Under the pieces are notes generated by a model that worked only from the letters and a program-made list of their open reading frames with translations, searched no databases and was not told the origin of the DNA. From positions 18,560,167 through 18,597,696 of the forward strand of contig NC_068986.1 in assembly GCF_001194135.2 (NCBI RefSeq): 37,530 nt of DNA, in the 5' to 3' direction. Below, piece after piece: positions 34,831-37,530 of the stretch. The DNA comes from Octopus bimaculoides. Lineage: Eukaryota. How positions within the stretch are numbered: the first letter of the stretch is position 1; each line of letters begins with the position of its first letter. A program made the translations under genes and the position numbers.

Positions 34831-35449
34831 AAGCAGCTTTGTGTTTGGCAATAACATTAAAAGAAATTTATCTGAATATATACACGAAATGCATTAGCAA
34901 GTTATCAAAGTCTTTACATTTTCCAGTGCAATAGCATTTTCTCATTTTCTAATTAATATTTAGAAGCCGTGAAACAGCAATAAGATTCATGTCAACATGT
35001 AACAAGAGAAGCAAGAAATTGTGATGAGATTTGGATTAAGCATTTGTAGTTTTATTGCATACGTGCAATTCTTGAATTGAAAGGAATCATGTACCGCAGA
35101 AAATGTGATAAAATATTGTGAAGAAGCTCATTCAAAATATTGCTGATATGTATGTGCTTATCTATGTGCTTATGTATGTGCTTATGCTGCTTACGTATGT
35201 ATTTAGACATGTATATAAGCAGATAGGCAGGTATCCTTGCATGTGTGCATGGATATATGTGACACTGTGTTGTGTTATATAATATATCTAATTTCTATAT
35301 TTCAGAGCCTAGATAGTGTAAATATACATGTGCACAAGTGTATACGTATGCATAAATTTGACTGTATGCATGAAAGTATATGTATATATTTCTAAGTATC
35401 AAATTATTGTAAAGTTTACGTTCACAATGTTATATAGACTCACTCGCAC

Positions 35450-35590
<141 letters not shown>

Positions 35591-35627
35591 CAGAAGCTAA
35601 CAGACAGTCTAACTCACATATATAGAA

Positions 35628-35790
35628 GTGAGGGTGTTGCACTAGTGACCGCATTATCGTGGTTTCGAATGCTAGACCAGTTGAACGTTGTGCTCATAAG
35701 CAAAACCACATCACGTTACGGTGCTGCAGTTCAGTCATTTATGAATGGATAACTCTGCGACAGACCTGGTTTTCCGTTCAGTGGGGATGT
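35628..35790 (+). mobile_element. tRNA-derived SINE of a different family, degenerate
   Basis: GGGTGTTGCACTAGTGACC...GGTTTCGAATGCTAGACC (B box); GGATAACTCTGCGACAGACCTGG...CCGTTCAGTGGG resembles a Meta/V-type central domain. Confidence 0.55.
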
Positions 35791-35967
35791 GCTTTTGCTC
35801 CCTCTTGCCAGCGTGTCAGTCTCATTTGAAAATTAAATCATTGGGAAAGCACCTCTAACATTTTCGGATCAAGAGTTTATAGCTCCGTTGCTACGGTCAT
35901 GTAATTAGAGCGTCGCAGAAAAATATCTTAAAACGGATTCTCGAAGTCATGCCAACGGGCTGGAAAC

Positions 35968-36168
35968 TTAGGAGTAGATCAATATCGGGTTGATTAGGTA
36001 ATAATTATAGCCACACTTAGTCACGTTTGGGAATCCAGCTGGAAAACTTAAGGATAGTTCCTTCTCAAAGGACTCTAAGAATGAAATGCCTCGTGACTCT
36101 AACCACGCGAACAGCCCAGGAATGCCGGGCTGATTCGGTCCGTTTAGGGGAGCATTACAATCAACACA
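35968..36168 (-). CDS. Candidate coding exon of unknown product (66 open codons after an acceptor)
   Basis: TTATTATTATAG|TGTGTT acceptor; only one frame open; GC island in AT-rich flanks; possible donor AAC|GTGACT at 36025. Unverified. Confidence 0.3.
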   Translation of the reverse strand, partial: CVDCNAPLNGPNQPGIPGLFAWLESRGISFLESFEKELSLSFPAGFPNVTKCGYNYYLINPILIYS

Positions 36169-37530
36169 CTATAATAATAATAATGTTGTAATATTAAAAA
36201 TATTGTAATATTAATAATATTGAAATATTGCTCAATATCTTAAATCTTCCATCTTCACAAATGTTCATTTAAGCTCGTCAAGAAATGTTACACCTTATTG
36301 TATCATATTTAATACATAGTGTTTTATTCAGTCAATGCTGTTACCTTATTCAATCGCACAAGATACATCATTTTTCTTTATTCTTTTCCCTCTTCTCTTA
36401 AAATTGCTTTGCATATTGAAAAATATCTAATTTATTTCAATATTTAATCCATTTAAAATTATATATACAATTCTAAACAGATGTTACCGAAACGTCTAAG
36501 AAGCCCCCCCCCCANNNNNNNNNNNNNNNNNNNNNNNNNNNNNNNNNNNNNNNNNNNNNNNNNNNNNNNNNNNNNNNNNNNNNNNNNNNNNNNNNNNNNN
36601 NNNNNNNNNNNNNNNNNNNNNNNNNNNNNNNNNNNNNNNNNNNNNNNNNNNNNNNNNNNNNNNNNNNNNNNNNNNNNNNNNNNNNNNNNNNNNNNNNNNN
36701 NNNNNNNNNNNNNNNNNNNNNNNNNNNNNNNNNNNNNNNNNNNNNNNNNNNNNNNNNNNNNNNNNNNNNNNNNNNNNNNNNNNNNNNNNNNNNNNNNNNN
36801 NNNNNNNNNNNNNNNNNNNNNNNNNNNNNNNNNNNNNNNNNNNNNNNNNNNNNNNNNNNNNNNNTATATATATATATATATATATATCATATTATAAGCT
36901 AAATTAATAAATCCATATTACTCTAGTCGTTTGCTATCGTGAATAACACTTAATTGCTCTCGATAAATCTTCGATAACAATGGCCTGGGGATGATTCTGT
37001 GTATATGATAATTATTGCAATTCTCTGAACTATTATCACGTATAAATGAATAGTGGAGAATAATTTCACAAGCGATAGAGTCTTATCAAATGAAAGAAAA
37101 CGTAAAAATCCACCCTGTATTCTTAAACATTTCTAAACTATAAATAATTTTTTTCGTTTTCCATAACCGAATATTTATTTCATATTCCAATATAATAATT
37201 TGTAATGATTCTATATCTGAAGGTAATATTCTACGAACACTTCAACGGTGTATTGACTTGTATACGTAAGCACACTTCATTTTCATTCCGAGTTATTAGG
37301 CATCTTAATATATTGTGTTTATTTTGTTTTGAAATCATGTAATATGTTAAATCTTTATTATATGGGATATTTGAAATTTGTTCATTATCGCCAGTCGTCT
37401 CTCCAAAATTTTACTACCTATTGTTTTATAATTGTCTGTTCTTCAAACGTAACATCTCTGTACACCATTCGCATACATTAATCAGATTATAGTAGTAAGT
37501 ATCTCGTAGTTCGTATATATATATATATAT

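Overview
Repeat-dense, AT-rich eukaryotic (animal) DNA from a gapped assembly. The ten N-runs are at 4500-5020, 6230-6291, 7017-7774, 10661-10834, 16807-17319, 21549-21983, 27095-27104, 27854-27997, 31735-32193 and 36515-36864. The SINE families and extreme microsatellite density look octopus-like (inference from recalled repeat sequences, not a search). I can support no intact protein-coding gene; most ORF-track entries are microsatellite or N-gap artefacts. Supported content: (i) six same-strand fragments of R4/Dong-type RLE non-LTR retrotransposons and a 540-bp non-coding element, several abutting (TAA)n tracts (20.7-28.6 kb); (ii) a stop-free internal fragment of a CR1-group LINE ORF2 flanked by an 8-bp direct repeat; (iii) about ten tRNA-derived SINE copies or fragments, one interrupted by an insertion; (iv) mariner- and hAT-type MITEs; (v) a ~700-bp inverted duplication whose divergence changes abruptly along its length; (vi) a (TA)n-embedded 197-bp element with a degenerate hammerhead-like fold; (vii) a perfect 30-bp palindrome; (viii) a few unverified candidate exons. 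I see no demonstrably new biological system; the best leads are the TAA-targeted LINE plus partner element, the inverted duplication and the hammerhead-like element.
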